This document shows positions 16,092 through 24,524 of a stretch of DNA of 42,126 bases, piece by piece. The notes beneath the pieces are model-generated. The model saw only the letters and a list, made by a program, of their open reading frames with translations. It did no database searches and was not told the origin of the DNA. Both the position numbers and the translations under genes were made by a program. How positions within the stretch are numbered: the stretch's first letter is position 1; each line of letters opens with the position of its first letter. This DNA is from a virus: IMG/VR virus record IMGVR_UViG_3300050122_000047, positions 1 through 42,126 of that record. The stretch is one strand, 5' to 3'.

Positions 16092-18308
16092 ATGACATCA
16101 GAACCTACCCTTTGGAGTGAAGCCGGCCTGCGCCAGCTTGCGTCCTGGGGCGGGATGACAGAGGAGGACGCGGAAGCCTGCGGACTGTTCGAGGTCGCCG
16201 ACGCTTCCACGATCTACCCGGACCTCCGGGCCGAGGCCGCCATAGTTATTCCCTACTTCCAGCCGAATGGCGAGCCCATGACCTTCTGGCGCGATGGCGA
16301 GGAGCATCCGTTCTGCCGCGTTCGCTACCTGGAGCCGGAAGTCAAGCGAATGTTTTCCGGTATCAAGACTGCCCCGAAATACGGGCAACCCGGCCGCAGC
16401 GGGACGCGGGCCTACTTCTGCCCCCTGATCAACTGGCCTGTTATCGTGGACGACATCCAGGAGCCCCTGATTATCACCGAGGGCGAGGCCAAGGCCATGG
16501 TGGCCGCCAAGCACGGGCTGGCCTGCATCGCCCTGGGCGGCGTGTTCAACTTCATGGAAGGCGTGGAAGACCTCCTGCCCGAGCTGGAGCTGATCAAGTG
16601 GCGCGGCCGGGACGAGTACACGGCATTTGATTCCGACATCCTGACAAACCCCAACGTCCTAGCGGCCGAGGCGCGGCTGACAGACGAGCTAGTCCGCAAG
16701 CGCGGCGCGCGTGGCTACCAGGTCCGACTGCCCCAAGAGGGCGACAAGAAAGAGGCGGTGGACACCTTCCTGGAGACCTACGGCGTTGACGCCTTCACCG
16801 CCCTGCTGTCTAGTTCCCCGAGCCTGGGCGCGCTCGACGCCAAGGTGGTGTCACTGAACGCGACGTGCGCGTGGATCGAGCGGGAGGGTATGGTCTATGA
16901 TCTGGAGGATCGGGCTTTTGTCTCCAAGGATAACTTTGTCTCTGGCTCTCGCTTCTCGACGCTTAAACATATCACGGTGGGGGGTGGACAAAGGAGCGCG
17001 CCGAAATCGCTCTCGGTGGCATCGGCATGGCTCACACACCCGCACGCGCAGCGTTATGGCGAAATTCTCTTTCGGCCCGGTCTCGGTGGGGTGGTGGCCG
17101 GTGATACAGGCCGGCCCGCTCTCAATATGTGGAACGGATGGCAGGCTGAGCATGGGGTTCCGACGTCCGACAAAAGGATCGCGGCATGGCTAGAGCTGAC
17201 CGCCTTCCTGTTCCGCAACCTGGAGCCCAAGGACCGCGACCTGGCCTGGAAGCTGATGGCCTACAAGGCGCAAAACCCCATGGACAAGGTCCCGCTGGCC
17301 CCGGTGCTGATCGGCGACCAGGGGTGCGGGAAGTCCCTCTGGGCTGAGTGCCTGGCCGCCGCCTTCAACCCCTACGCGGTCAGCATCGACTCAAAGGAAT
17401 TCGACGCGGAATTCCAAGGCTGGATGGAAAAGTCCGTCCTAGCCGTGATCAACGAAGCGAAGGCGCATCACCTGACCGTCTACGGGGAAGCGCTCAAGGC
17501 GCTGATCTCAGACGCCACCCGCAACATGAACGAAAAGTTCCGGCCGAAGCGCCAGATTCAGTCCTATACCCTCTACATCCTGACCGCCAACGACCGCGCC
17601 GTGGGCTCCTTCGCCCTGGACGACCGCCGCATGATCGTGGTGGAGTGCCCCCGCAAGATGACCACGCCCGAGGGCTTGGCGCTCTACACCTACCTGGGCA
17701 AGCGCAACGGCACCTGGCACAAGGAGGGTGGGCCGGCGGCGCTCATGGGCTGGCTGCTGGACTACGACCTGGAGGGCTGGCGACCGCCGCCCGAGGCACC
17801 GATGACCGCCGAGAAACACAACGCCTACCGGGAGAGCCTGTCCGCTGTCCAGGAGCTGGCCGAGGATATGAAGGTCGCCGACGGCCACTCTATCGAAATG
17901 TGGGTTGACGTGGCAATCGGGTGGGCGCGCGAGGCCGAGCTGTCCAGCAACGGGCAACTGGCGGCCGTGGCGCGTGCGACGCTGGAGGGTGTCAAGCATC
18001 TCCAGATTCGGCCCTGGTATGAGCCCCGCGAGCTGACCCTCCTGTTTCCGCACCTGGTGTCTAGTGTCATGGGCTCGAAATGGGACAATGCCACCCTGCC
18101 GGGCAAAGTGTCGCGGGAACTGCGCAACGCTGGGGTGCGGTTCCTGAAAAACAAAGACGATCCCCGAGGCTTCAAGTTTAATGGCATCATCCGCCAGTAT
18201 CTAGTTGTGTGCGACTACGAAGAGTGGGAGAGTGGCATCAGTCAAGCCGACTTCGACCGTCACATGGACAGCTTCCCAACCTATGGTCAACGAAGGGGCC
18301 GCAAATGA
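16092..18308 (+). CDS. Primase-helicase: Toprim-type N-terminal domain plus D5/P4-like SF3 P-loop helicase domain
   Basis: 738 aa from ATG 16092. Toprim-like LIITEGEAKAMV ... AFDSD. Walker A VLIGDQGCGKSLWAECLA. Walker B-like region VLAVINEA. Confidence 0.75.
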   Translation: MTSEPTLWSEAGLRQLASWGGMTEEDAEACGLFEVADASTIYPDLRAEAAIVIPYFQPNGEPMTFWRDGEEHPFCRVRYLEPEVKRMFSGIKTAPKYGQPGRSGTRAYFCPLINWPVIVDDIQEPLIITEGEAKAMVAAKHGLACIALGGVFNFMEGVEDLLPELELIKWRGRDEYTAFDSDILTNPNVLAAEARLTDELVRKRGARGYQVRLPQEGDKKEAVDTFLETYGVDAFTALLSSSPSLGALDAKVVSLNATCAWIEREGMVYDLEDRAFVSKDNFVSGSRFSTLKHITVGGGQRSAPKSLSVASAWLTHPHAQRYGEILFRPGLGGVVAGDTGRPALNMWNGWQAEHGVPTSDKRIAAWLELTAFLFRNLEPKDRDLAWKLMAYKAQNPMDKVPLAPVLIGDQGCGKSLWAECLAAAFNPYAVSIDSKEFDAEFQGWMEKSVLAVINEAKAHHLTVYGEALKALISDATRNMNEKFRPKRQIQSYTLYILTANDRAVGSFALDDRRMIVVECPRKMTTPEGLALYTYLGKRNGTWHKEGGPAALMGWLLDYDLEGWRPPPEAPMTAEKHNAYRESLSAVQELAEDMKVADGHSIEMWVDVAIGWAREAELSSNGQLAAVARATLEGVKHLQIRPWYEPRELTLLFPHLVSSVMGSKWDNATLPGKVSRELRNAGVRFLKNKDDPRGFKFNGIIRQYLVVCDYEEWESGISQADFDRHMDSFPTYGQRRGRK

Positions 18309-18511
18309 TCCGCAACCGTTCCGCTGTCGCATCTTTCGAGGCGCTGCTGATAACTGGCTTGCCGCTGACCGTGAGCGTCACCCGCAACCATGGGGAGACG
18401 CCCGGCTCTGGCATCCTAATAGTCAGTGACCCCGCGACTGGCGCGGTCTGGAAAGTCGAGATCACCGAGATCGTGGAGGCTCGCCGTGCGGAGCACTTCC
18501 CCCGAGCCTGA
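18305..18511 (+). CDS. Hypothetical protein (68 aa)
   Basis: ATGA overlap with the primase-helicase stop. Translation MIRNRSAVASFEALLITGLPLTVSVTRNHGE... Confidence 0.5.
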   Translation: MIRNRSAVASFEALLITGLPLTVSVTRNHGETPGSGILIVSDPATGAVWKVEITEIVEARRAEHFPRA

Positions 18512-18674
18512 GAACGATGACACCGCGCCCGGCTCGCCCGAGGCCGTGGCCGCCGGCTGCACCTGCGCCCAGATTGACAACCAATACGGTCTGGGCTACC
18601 GGGGCCAGCCTGGCATGTTTCTTGTACAATGCCGCTGCCCGCTGCACGGTGATACAGAGAACCCCGGACCATGA
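18486..18674 (+). CDS. Small Cys-rich (CxC...CxCPxH) putative zinc-binding protein (62 aa)
   Basis: GTG 18486 preceded by GGAGG at spacing 7. Sequence ...GCTCAQIDNQYGLGYRGQPGMFLVQCRCPLHGD. ATGA-coupled to the J-domain gene. Confidence 0.5.
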   Translation: MRSTSPEPENDDTAPGSPEAVAAGCTCAQIDNQYGLGYRGQPGMFLVQCRCPLHGDTENPGP

Positions 18675-18964
18675 AACGACAAGAGGCTATCGCCCTGCTG
18701 GGCCTGGGCCAGACATTCGACCCGAGCGACGTCCGGGAGGCGTTCGCCGAGGCTGTCATGGCGGATCACCCGGACCACGGCGGAACTGGCACAAAGATTG
18801 CCTCTCTTAAGGAGGCGCGTGCGCTGCTGTCGCTAGTCGAATCTGACCCGTTAACCTCAGATTTTCCTTGCGTCCTGTGTAAAGGTAGCGGATACGTTAA
18901 AGCGAAGATGGGAAAGCGGGTGTGTAGCACCTGCGAAGGCTCTGGAGAGAGACGTGGTCACTAG
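18671..18964 (+). CDS. J-domain protein with DnaJ-type CxxCxGxG zinc-finger repeats
   Basis: 97 aa. HPD tripeptide in VMADHPDHGG. Zinc-finger repeats CVLCKGSG and CSTCEGSG. Confidence 0.7.
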   Translation: MKRQEAIALLGLGQTFDPSDVREAFAEAVMADHPDHGGTGTKIASLKEARALLSLVESDPLTSDFPCVLCKGSGYVKAKMGKRVCSTCEGSGERRGH

Positions 18965-19427
18965 AACGAGACAGGCGGCAGTTCCCGAGGCTCCTATGAG
19001 CCCCGCTGAGCAAGCGCCGCGCGCAAACCCTAGCCTGCCGGCGGCCGGCGACGCCCTGCCTAAGAGTCTGGGCCTCTGCGCCGATGAACTGCACCGGGTG
19101 CGCGAGATCAGGCTGGCGCTCGACAAGCTGGCCGAGGGTGTCAAAGCCCGCGAGACCGAGCTGGGCGAGCACCTGATCAACAGCCTGTCCAAGTCCGACG
19201 ATACTGGCGTCGCGGGCCTCAAGTTCCGCGCTCAAGTCAAGATGAAAGACGTGCCGAAGGCGGCCGACTGGCCCGCTTTCCATGCCTACATCGCCAAGAC
19301 GGGCTCTTTCGACCTGCTGCAAAAGCGGCTGAGCGACAAGGCCGTCACCGACCGCCTGGACGACGGCGTCAAGCTGCCGGGCATCGAGATTATGCACGTC
19401 CCGTCCGTTTCGATCACAAAGATTTAG
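18954..19427 (+). CDS. Hypothetical replication-module protein (157 aa; alternative ATG start at 18996)
   Basis: Track ORF (GTG start). The ATG at 18996 has GAGG upstream. No family recognised. Confidence 0.55.
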   Translation: MVTRTRQAAVPEAPMSPAEQAPRANPSLPAAGDALPKSLGLCADELHRVREIRLALDKLAEGVKARETELGEHLINSLSKSDDTGVAGLKFRAQVKMKDVPKAADWPAFHAYIAKTGSFDLLQKRLSDKAVTDRLDDGVKLPGIEIMHVPSVSITKI

Positions 19428-19436
19428 GAGCGCCCA

Positions 19437-20246
19437 ATGGCGAACGATCTGGTCACTATCAACGCGAAGTGGGAGCAGCAGGCCGAGGAGGCCGCCGCGT
19501 CCGAAGCGCCAATCTCGTCTCAGTTCCTGTCCACTAAGGGCGGGGTGTTGAGCTTCGGGGACGAGGCCATGCCCGGCAACCAAGTGCTGGTCATCGTGGT
19601 CGATGCGACCAACGAGAACACCTTCTATCAGGGCAAATACGACCCGAACGATACCGCGCCGCCGGTCTGCTACGCCTTCGGGCGCGGCGTCGATGACGAC
19701 ATGGGCCCGCATGAGACCATGCAGGCGGACCTGAGCTACTTCGAGCCGCAGGCCGAGACCTGCCAGGTCTGCCCGATGAATGAATGGGGAAGCGCCGACA
19801 CGGGCCGAGGCAAGGCATGTCAGAACCGCCGCCGCCTGGTCCTTCTGCCGGCCGGCTTCTACAGCCCCAAGCGCGGCTCGCGCGACTTCGACCTGGAAGT
19901 GTTCGCGGACGAGGCGCACTTCCGCACCGCCGACCTGGCGTCTATCAAACTGCCGGTCACGAGCGTTAAGGAGTGGGCGAAATACGTCCACGACATCGCG
20001 ACCAACTTCCGCCGCCCGCCGCATGGCGTCATCACCCGGCTCTACCTGGAGAATGACAGCGCCAACCAGTACAAGGTCAAGTTCGAGATGGTCGAGGAGG
20101 TCGGCGACGAGATCGCCGAGGCTGTCATGGCCCGCGCCGCCGCCGCCCGCACTGTCCCGTTCCAAGGCTACCAGCCGCCGCGCCCCGAGGACAAGACGCA
20201 ACAGGGTGCCGGAGGGCTGCGCGGCCTGCGCCGCACCGGCCGGTGA
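19437..20246 (+). CDS. Cys4-motif protein, possibly an ssDNA-binding/annealing protein (function uncertain)
   Basis: 269 aa with SD TTAGGAGC. Cys motif PPVCYAF...CQVCPMNEWGSADTGRGKACQNRRRL. Sits between the primase-helicase and the polymerase. Confidence 0.6.
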   Translation: MANDLVTINAKWEQQAEEAAASEAPISSQFLSTKGGVLSFGDEAMPGNQVLVIVVDATNENTFYQGKYDPNDTAPPVCYAFGRGVDDDMGPHETMQADLSYFEPQAETCQVCPMNEWGSADTGRGKACQNRRRLVLLPAGFYSPKRGSRDFDLEVFADEAHFRTADLASIKLPVTSVKEWAKYVHDIATNFRRPPHGVITRLYLENDSANQYKVKFEMVEEVGDEIAEAVMARAAAARTVPFQGYQPPRPEDKTQQGAGGLRGLRRTGR

Positions 20247-20332
20247 AGTCCGCTCTCTGGACCGGGCTCAAGGTCTGCATTGTAGGCTGCGCCGTGGTCT
20301 TTCTCTTAGCCCTCCTGGAGGCTCCGCAATGA
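20243..20332 (+). CDS. Micro-protein 1 (29 aa, single TM)
   Basis: Not in the track. GTGA overlap upstream and ATGA overlap downstream. Translation MKSALWTGLKVCIVGCAVVFLLALLEAPQ. Confidence 0.45.
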   Translation: MKSALWTGLKVCIVGCAVVFLLALLEAPQ

Positions 20333-20418
20333 CGAAACTAGACCGCCTGCTGATCATAGCCATCGCCCTGGGCGTGGCCTTCCTGATCGGCTTCCTGGTG
20401 CCGGTGCCGAGGCTCTAA
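20329..20418 (+). CDS. Micro-protein 2 (29 aa, single TM)
   Basis: GGAGG lies 7 nt upstream of the ATG. Translation MTKLDRLLIIAIALGVAFLIGFLVPVPRL. Confidence 0.5.
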   Translation: MTKLDRLLIIAIALGVAFLIGFLVPVPRL

Positions 20419-20616
20419 GTGTCTAAGGTCGCCGCCTTCCTAATCGCCGTGGGCCTCTGGGCCTTAATCATCGTGGGCTTCCAAGCCCTGGAGAAACACA
20501 ATGTCAAGCCAGACTGTTGCCCCCGACCACAGCTCCAAGAGTGGATGTCAGCGCCTTTGCGACATCATCATGGAGGGCTGGGCGCGTCGTGGGGCGAGCG
20601 TCCGCGCCTGGCCTGA
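20419..20616 (+). CDS. Micro-protein 3: N-terminal TM helix with a doubtful C-terminal tail (65-aa ORF)
   Basis: GTG directly follows a TAA. MSKVAAFLIAVGLWALIIVGFQALEK is a TM helix. The tail overlaps 20501..20677 out of frame and has a lower GC3. Confidence 0.4.
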   Translation: MSKVAAFLIAVGLWALIIVGFQALEKHNVKPDCCPRPQLQEWMSAPLRHHHGGLGASWGERPRLA

Positions 20617-20677
20617 GCTGAACACGGCCGGCGCGTGGATCGTGAAGTCTGACCTTCTGAATGGGCTCCCCAAATGA
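20501..20677 (+). CDS. Small hypothetical protein (58 aa)
   Basis: Not in the track. GGAGA lies 7 nt upstream of the ATG. Translation MSSQTVAPDHSSKSGCQRLCDIIMEGWARRGASVRAWPELNTAGAWIVKSDLLNGLPK. ATGA-coupled to gene 20674. Confidence 0.5.
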   Translation: MSSQTVAPDHSSKSGCQRLCDIIMEGWARRGASVRAWPELNTAGAWIVKSDLLNGLPK

Positions 20678-21471
20678 CTAAGAAAACAGCGCGTCTCCTC
20701 AAGGCCGAGCAGGTCTGGATCGACTACAACGCGATTGACGAGAACGGCGTCCACAGCCTGGCCCGTGCGGAATTCGCCAAGGCCAAGATCACGAACGGCA
20801 CCGCGCCGCTAACCCCCGAGGCCGTGGACATCATGGCCGAGCAGGTCCGCAAGCGGGTGGAGCGCCGGGAGATGATCGAAGCCGACCAGCGCGAGCGGGA
20901 CGAGCACAACCGCGCCCTGGACGCCAAGCGTCGGGAGGAGGCCGAGGAGCGCCGCCATATCGAGCGGCTGATGGTCCCTGAGATCGCGGCGTCGCCGCTG
21001 GTCCGCGCCGACTTTGCCAAGGCCGAGGAGGCCTTCTTAGCCGGCGACAAGTGGACGCCCGAGCAGGCCGCCAAGATCAAGGCGCAACTTCGCCCGGACG
21101 ACCGCGTGACCTTCACCGGCTCCGGCAACGAAGTCTCGGCGGCCGAGGCGTTCCCGAACGTGTTCAGACAGCCCTCGCCGGCCGACCTGATGGCCGAGAG
21201 CATGGACGAGCACCTGGCCAAGTACACCCGATTCGTGGCCATGCCGAGCACGCCTGGCGACGTCCTGGTGAACCTGGAGACCATGTTCAAGATCGCCGAG
21301 CTGGTGCGCGCCTTCTATGCCCCGTTCAGCGTGGACAAGGGCCCGACGCTCCTGCGCCTGGTCGGCGACGACATCCCCGCCCCTTCGCTGGTCCTGGACC
21401 GGATCAACACCTACCTAACAACCGGAGAGACCGATGACCAAGAGCAAGAGTACAGCCGCCAGTCCGTTTAG
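20674..21471 (+). CDS. Hypothetical protein (265 aa) with a central charged helical segment
   Basis: Track ORF. Charged segment ERREMIEADQRERDEHNRALDAKRREEAEERRHIERL. Confidence 0.65.
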   Translation: MTKKTARLLKAEQVWIDYNAIDENGVHSLARAEFAKAKITNGTAPLTPEAVDIMAEQVRKRVERREMIEADQRERDEHNRALDAKRREEAEERRHIERLMVPEIAASPLVRADFAKAEEAFLAGDKWTPEQAAKIKAQLRPDDRVTFTGSGNEVSAAEAFPNVFRQPSPADLMAESMDEHLAKYTRFVAMPSTPGDVLVNLETMFKIAELVRAFYAPFSVDKGPTLLRLVGDDIPAPSLVLDRINTYLTTGETDDQEQEYSRQSV

Positions 21472-21730
21472 CCGCTTCTGGCGGGACAACTTCGCCACCC
21501 TGGCCGCCGAGATCGCGGCGTCGCCTCTGGTGTCGCGGCAACACCGCCGCAGCGCCGGCCGGCAACTGGCTAAGCAAATGGTCAAGGCCGTGCCGCCGAA
21601 GGTCGCCAGGGGCCGCAAAGCCCTGGGCCCGACCTGGCGGGTCAGCCGGACGGATCGCCGCGCCCGTGCCCGCAAGGTCGCGCGCCAGCTCCACGTCCCC
21701 ATGGTCAGCCGTCAATTCCATTGGGCCTAG
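21434..21730 (+). CDS. Highly basic small protein (98 aa), possibly nucleic-acid binding
   Basis: Track ORF, Arg/Lys-rich, with high GC3. Overlaps the previous gene by 38 nt. Confidence 0.5.
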   Translation: MTKSKSTAASPFSRFWRDNFATLAAEIAASPLVSRQHRRSAGRQLAKQMVKAVPPKVARGRKALGPTWRVSRTDRRARARKVARQLHVPMVSRQFHWA

Positions 21731-21734
21731 GCGG

Positions 21735-22034
21735 GTGGCCACGCTAGAGACCTTCTGGGGCTCCGAAGCCGAGCTGGAGAACCGCCAGCGGCTGTTCCTA
21801 GCCGTGGCCGCCTACGCTTATGAGTACATGGACACGTCGCTGATGTCGGATGAAGACTTCGACAAAGAGTGCCGCGCCGTTCGATTAGAGCTGGACACGA
21901 ACTACCCCGAATGGGACAAGTGGTGGCGCGAGCACTTCACACCGGACACCGGTATATGGATACGACATCACCCCGACCCCGCCGGCCTGCGGGCCTACGT
22001 TGAAAGGTTCCTGAACGATGGAATTGCCGATTAA
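21735..22034 (+). CDS. Hypothetical protein (~99 aa; start uncertain)
   Basis: In frame with track ORF 21666..22034, with GTG 21735 just after the previous stop. Translation VATLETFWGSEAELENRQRLFLAVAAYAYEYMD... Confidence 0.5.
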   Translation: MATLETFWGSEAELENRQRLFLAVAAYAYEYMDTSLMSDEDFDKECRAVRLELDTNYPEWDKWWREHFTPDTGIWIRHHPDPAGLRAYVERFLNDGIAD

Positions 22035-22296
22035 GTCCTGCGAGCACGTCGCGATGACCGTGGACATGCAGTCCGGGCGCTTCGCCGAAACGAACGTCCG
22101 GTTCCTCCAGGTCCGCATCAAATGCGCCGCCTGTGACAAGCCCATGGAATTCATCAGCGAGCCCGTCGGCCCGACGCTCGACCCCGACCTCTGCGGCATC
22201 AGCTTCCCCTACGTCGCCCAAGGCGAGGTCCCCGTGGCTCTCATGGAGCCCATGGCGATCACGCTGGAGGATGCGGATGTCGCCGGGAACGCCTGA
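22018..22296 (+). CDS. Hypothetical protein (92 aa)
   Basis: Track ORF, overlapped at both ends by its neighbours. Confidence 0.5.
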   Translation: MELPIKSCEHVAMTVDMQSGRFAETNVRFLQVRIKCAACDKPMEFISEPVGPTLDPDLCGISFPYVAQGEVPVALMEPMAITLEDADVAGNA

Positions 22297-24202
22297 TGTC
22301 ATCGCTATCGACTTCGAGACCCTGCCGATCCAACAGCGGCCGGCGTACCCTCCGAAGCCGGTAGGCGTTGCCATTAAGTGGCCTGGGCAACCTGGCCACT
22401 ACTATGCGTGGGGCCACCCGACCAAGAACAACTGCACATACGAGGAGGGCCTAGCCGCCCTGTCCGAGGCCTGGTTTAGCGGCATCCGGCTCGTGTTCCA
22501 TAACTGCAAGTTCGACGTGTCCGTGGCCTGCGAAGGCATGGGGTTGCCCGAGCCGCCCTGGGAGCTGATAGACGACACCATGTTCCTGGCCTACCTGGCC
22601 GACCCGCACTCGAAGTCCGGCGGGCTCAAGGAGCTGGCGGAAGACCTGCTGGAGTGGGCACCGGACGAGCGCGACGTGGTCCGCGACTGGATCATAGCCC
22701 GCAAGGTGATCCTGTTCCAAACCTACGGGGCCAAGTATGGCCTAAAGCAAGCGACGCCCTCCAAGACCGGCGCATGGATCGGCTTTGCCCCCGGCGACAT
22801 CGTGGGCGAGTACGCGGTGGGCGACGTGGACCGCACCGCTGGGCTCTGGGAGCACCTTTACCCCCTGATCGCCGAGGCTGGCCTCCTGCCCGGCTATGAC
22901 ACTGAGCGCGAGCTTATGCCGATCCTGCTGGCCAATGAGCGGGACGGGATGCTGGCCGACGTGCCGGGGCTACAGCGCGACATCCCGATCTACGCCGCCG
23001 CGTTCGCCAAGGCGGAAGCCTGGCTGCGCCACGAGCTGCGCGCCACGGGGTTGAACTTCGACGCTGACACCGACGTCGCCCAGATTCTGTTCGAGCGCGG
23101 CATCGTGCCGGCTGAGAACTGGAAGCGGACCAAGGGGACCAAGACACACCCCAACGGCCAGCTTGCCATGAACAAAGACGACCTGCGGCCCGAGGCGTTC
23201 ACTGGCCCCAACGGCGCGGCTATCGCGAGCGTCCTGGGCTACCGCAACCGCCTGGCAACGTGCCTCAACATGTTCATGCGGCCGTGGCTGCTGCAAGCCG
23301 ACCTGAATAACGGCCATATCACCACAAACTGGAATCAGGTGCGCCAGCCCAACGGCGGGACGCGCACCGGCCGGCCGAGCACCGACAAGCACAACTTCCT
23401 GAACATCAGCAAGGACTTTGAGGGCCGCACCGATGGCTACGTTCACCCTGTGTTTCTGGACGTGCCGACCCTCCCTCTTTGCCGCAAGTACGTCATGCCG
23501 GATCGCGGCGACGTGTTTATCCATCGGGACTTCTCCGGGCAGGAGCTGCGCGTGTTCGCTCACTTCGAGCAAGGCCAGCTCTGGCGGGCGTATGCTGCCG
23601 ATCCCAAGATTGACCCCCATGCCATAGTCGGGGCCGAGATGACCCGGCTCATGGGCCAGGAGTTTGAGCGAACCAAGGTCAAGGTGCTGAACTTCCAAGC
23701 CATCTACGGCGGCGGCGCGCCGGCTGCGCAGAACAAGCTGAACTGTTCGCTCAAGGAGGCGAAGGAGTTTAAGGCGTTCCACGACCAAGCGCTGCCCGGC
23801 CGCAAGATTTTGTCAGAAGAGATACTGCGCGTTGTGAGACGTGGCGACCCGATCCGCACTGTTGGCGGCCGGCTCTACTACGCCGAGCCTCCCCGGTTTA
23901 TGAAAGACCTGGGCCGCATCCAGACGTTCGAGTATAAGCTGATCAACTACATCGTGCAGGGGTCCGCCGCCGACCTTACGAAACGGGCGATCATAGACTG
24001 GCACAAGCACTCGAAAAGAGTTGCGCGGTTCCTGGTCACGGTATATGACGAGATCAACGCATCAGCGCCGGCCGGAGACACCGAGCGGCAGATGACTATT
24101 CTTCGCGAGTGCATGGAAGCGCCGAGGCTAGGCCTCACTGTTCCCATGTTGTCGGACGGCAAGATGGGCCCGAATTGGGGAGACTTGAAAAAATGCGCTT
24201 AG
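22277..24202 (+). CDS. polA: Family-A DNA polymerase with 3'-5' exonuclease domain
   Basis: 641 aa from ATG 22277 (GGAGG 6 nt upstream). ExoI VIAIDFETL, ExoII FHNCKFDV, ExoIII YAVGDVDRT. Motif A IHRDFSGQELRVFAH, motif B RTKVKVLNFQAIYGGG, motif C LVTVYDEINA. Confidence 0.92.
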   Translation: MSPGTPDVIAIDFETLPIQQRPAYPPKPVGVAIKWPGQPGHYYAWGHPTKNNCTYEEGLAALSEAWFSGIRLVFHNCKFDVSVACEGMGLPEPPWELIDDTMFLAYLADPHSKSGGLKELAEDLLEWAPDERDVVRDWIIARKVILFQTYGAKYGLKQATPSKTGAWIGFAPGDIVGEYAVGDVDRTAGLWEHLYPLIAEAGLLPGYDTERELMPILLANERDGMLADVPGLQRDIPIYAAAFAKAEAWLRHELRATGLNFDADTDVAQILFERGIVPAENWKRTKGTKTHPNGQLAMNKDDLRPEAFTGPNGAAIASVLGYRNRLATCLNMFMRPWLLQADLNNGHITTNWNQVRQPNGGTRTGRPSTDKHNFLNISKDFEGRTDGYVHPVFLDVPTLPLCRKYVMPDRGDVFIHRDFSGQELRVFAHFEQGQLWRAYAADPKIDPHAIVGAEMTRLMGQEFERTKVKVLNFQAIYGGGAPAAQNKLNCSLKEAKEFKAFHDQALPGRKILSEEILRVVRRGDPIRTVGGRLYYAEPPRFMKDLGRIQTFEYKLINYIVQGSAADLTKRAIIDWHKHSKRVARFLVTVYDEINASAPAGDTERQMTILRECMEAPRLGLTVPMLSDGKMGPNWGDLKKCA

Positions 24203-24348
24203 ATCGCCTGCCCTTCGCCTCTGTCATGGCCATTCTGGACAGCTCCGAGACGCCCTTCTACCTGGCCGCCTTCTACGGGGTCAGCCTGGAGACGATCCGC
24301 ACGATCCGGCCCGGCTACCGCTACGAGGAGCCCTCATGTCTGGCGTGA
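24193..24348 (+). CDS. Small protein (51 aa), possible HTH
   Basis: In-frame ATG 24193 within track ORF 24109..24348. Translation MRLDRLPFASVMAILDSSETPFYLAAFYGVSLETIRTIRPG. Confidence 0.45.
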   Translation: MRLDRLPFASVMAILDSSETPFYLAAFYGVSLETIRTIRPGYRYEEPSCLA

Positions 24349-24524
24349 CCTGGGCCGGCAGGGTCAACTGGCGCGGTCAGCCGATCACGCTGCGCGCTGT
24401 CATGGCGTCCAGCTCCTACACGGCCGCCGACGTCGCCCGAGCCCTGCTGATCCACTTCATCCTGACCGACAAGGTCCACGAGCTGACCGAACCCACGGTC
24501 TGGAAAGAGGCCGACAATGGCTAA
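24336..24524 (+). CDS. Small hypothetical protein (62 aa)
   Basis: Track ORF with short overlaps at both ends. Confidence 0.5.
   Translation: MSGVTWAGRVNWRGQPITLRAVMASSSYTAADVARALLIHFILTDKVHELTEPTVWKEADNG

Noticed and set aside
18897-20201. 434-aa minus-strand ORF antisense to the 18954..20246 genes. Similar long antisense ORFs: 774..1793 (+), 3371..4705 (+), 6646..7452 (+), 22970..23788 (-), 32014..33387 (+), 40941..41804 (+).
   Set aside because: They lie opposite ORFs with clear family motifs. Their products are Arg/Gly/Ala/Val-rich and low in complexity. Stop-free antisense frames are expected at this GC content. I judge them to be shadow ORFs.
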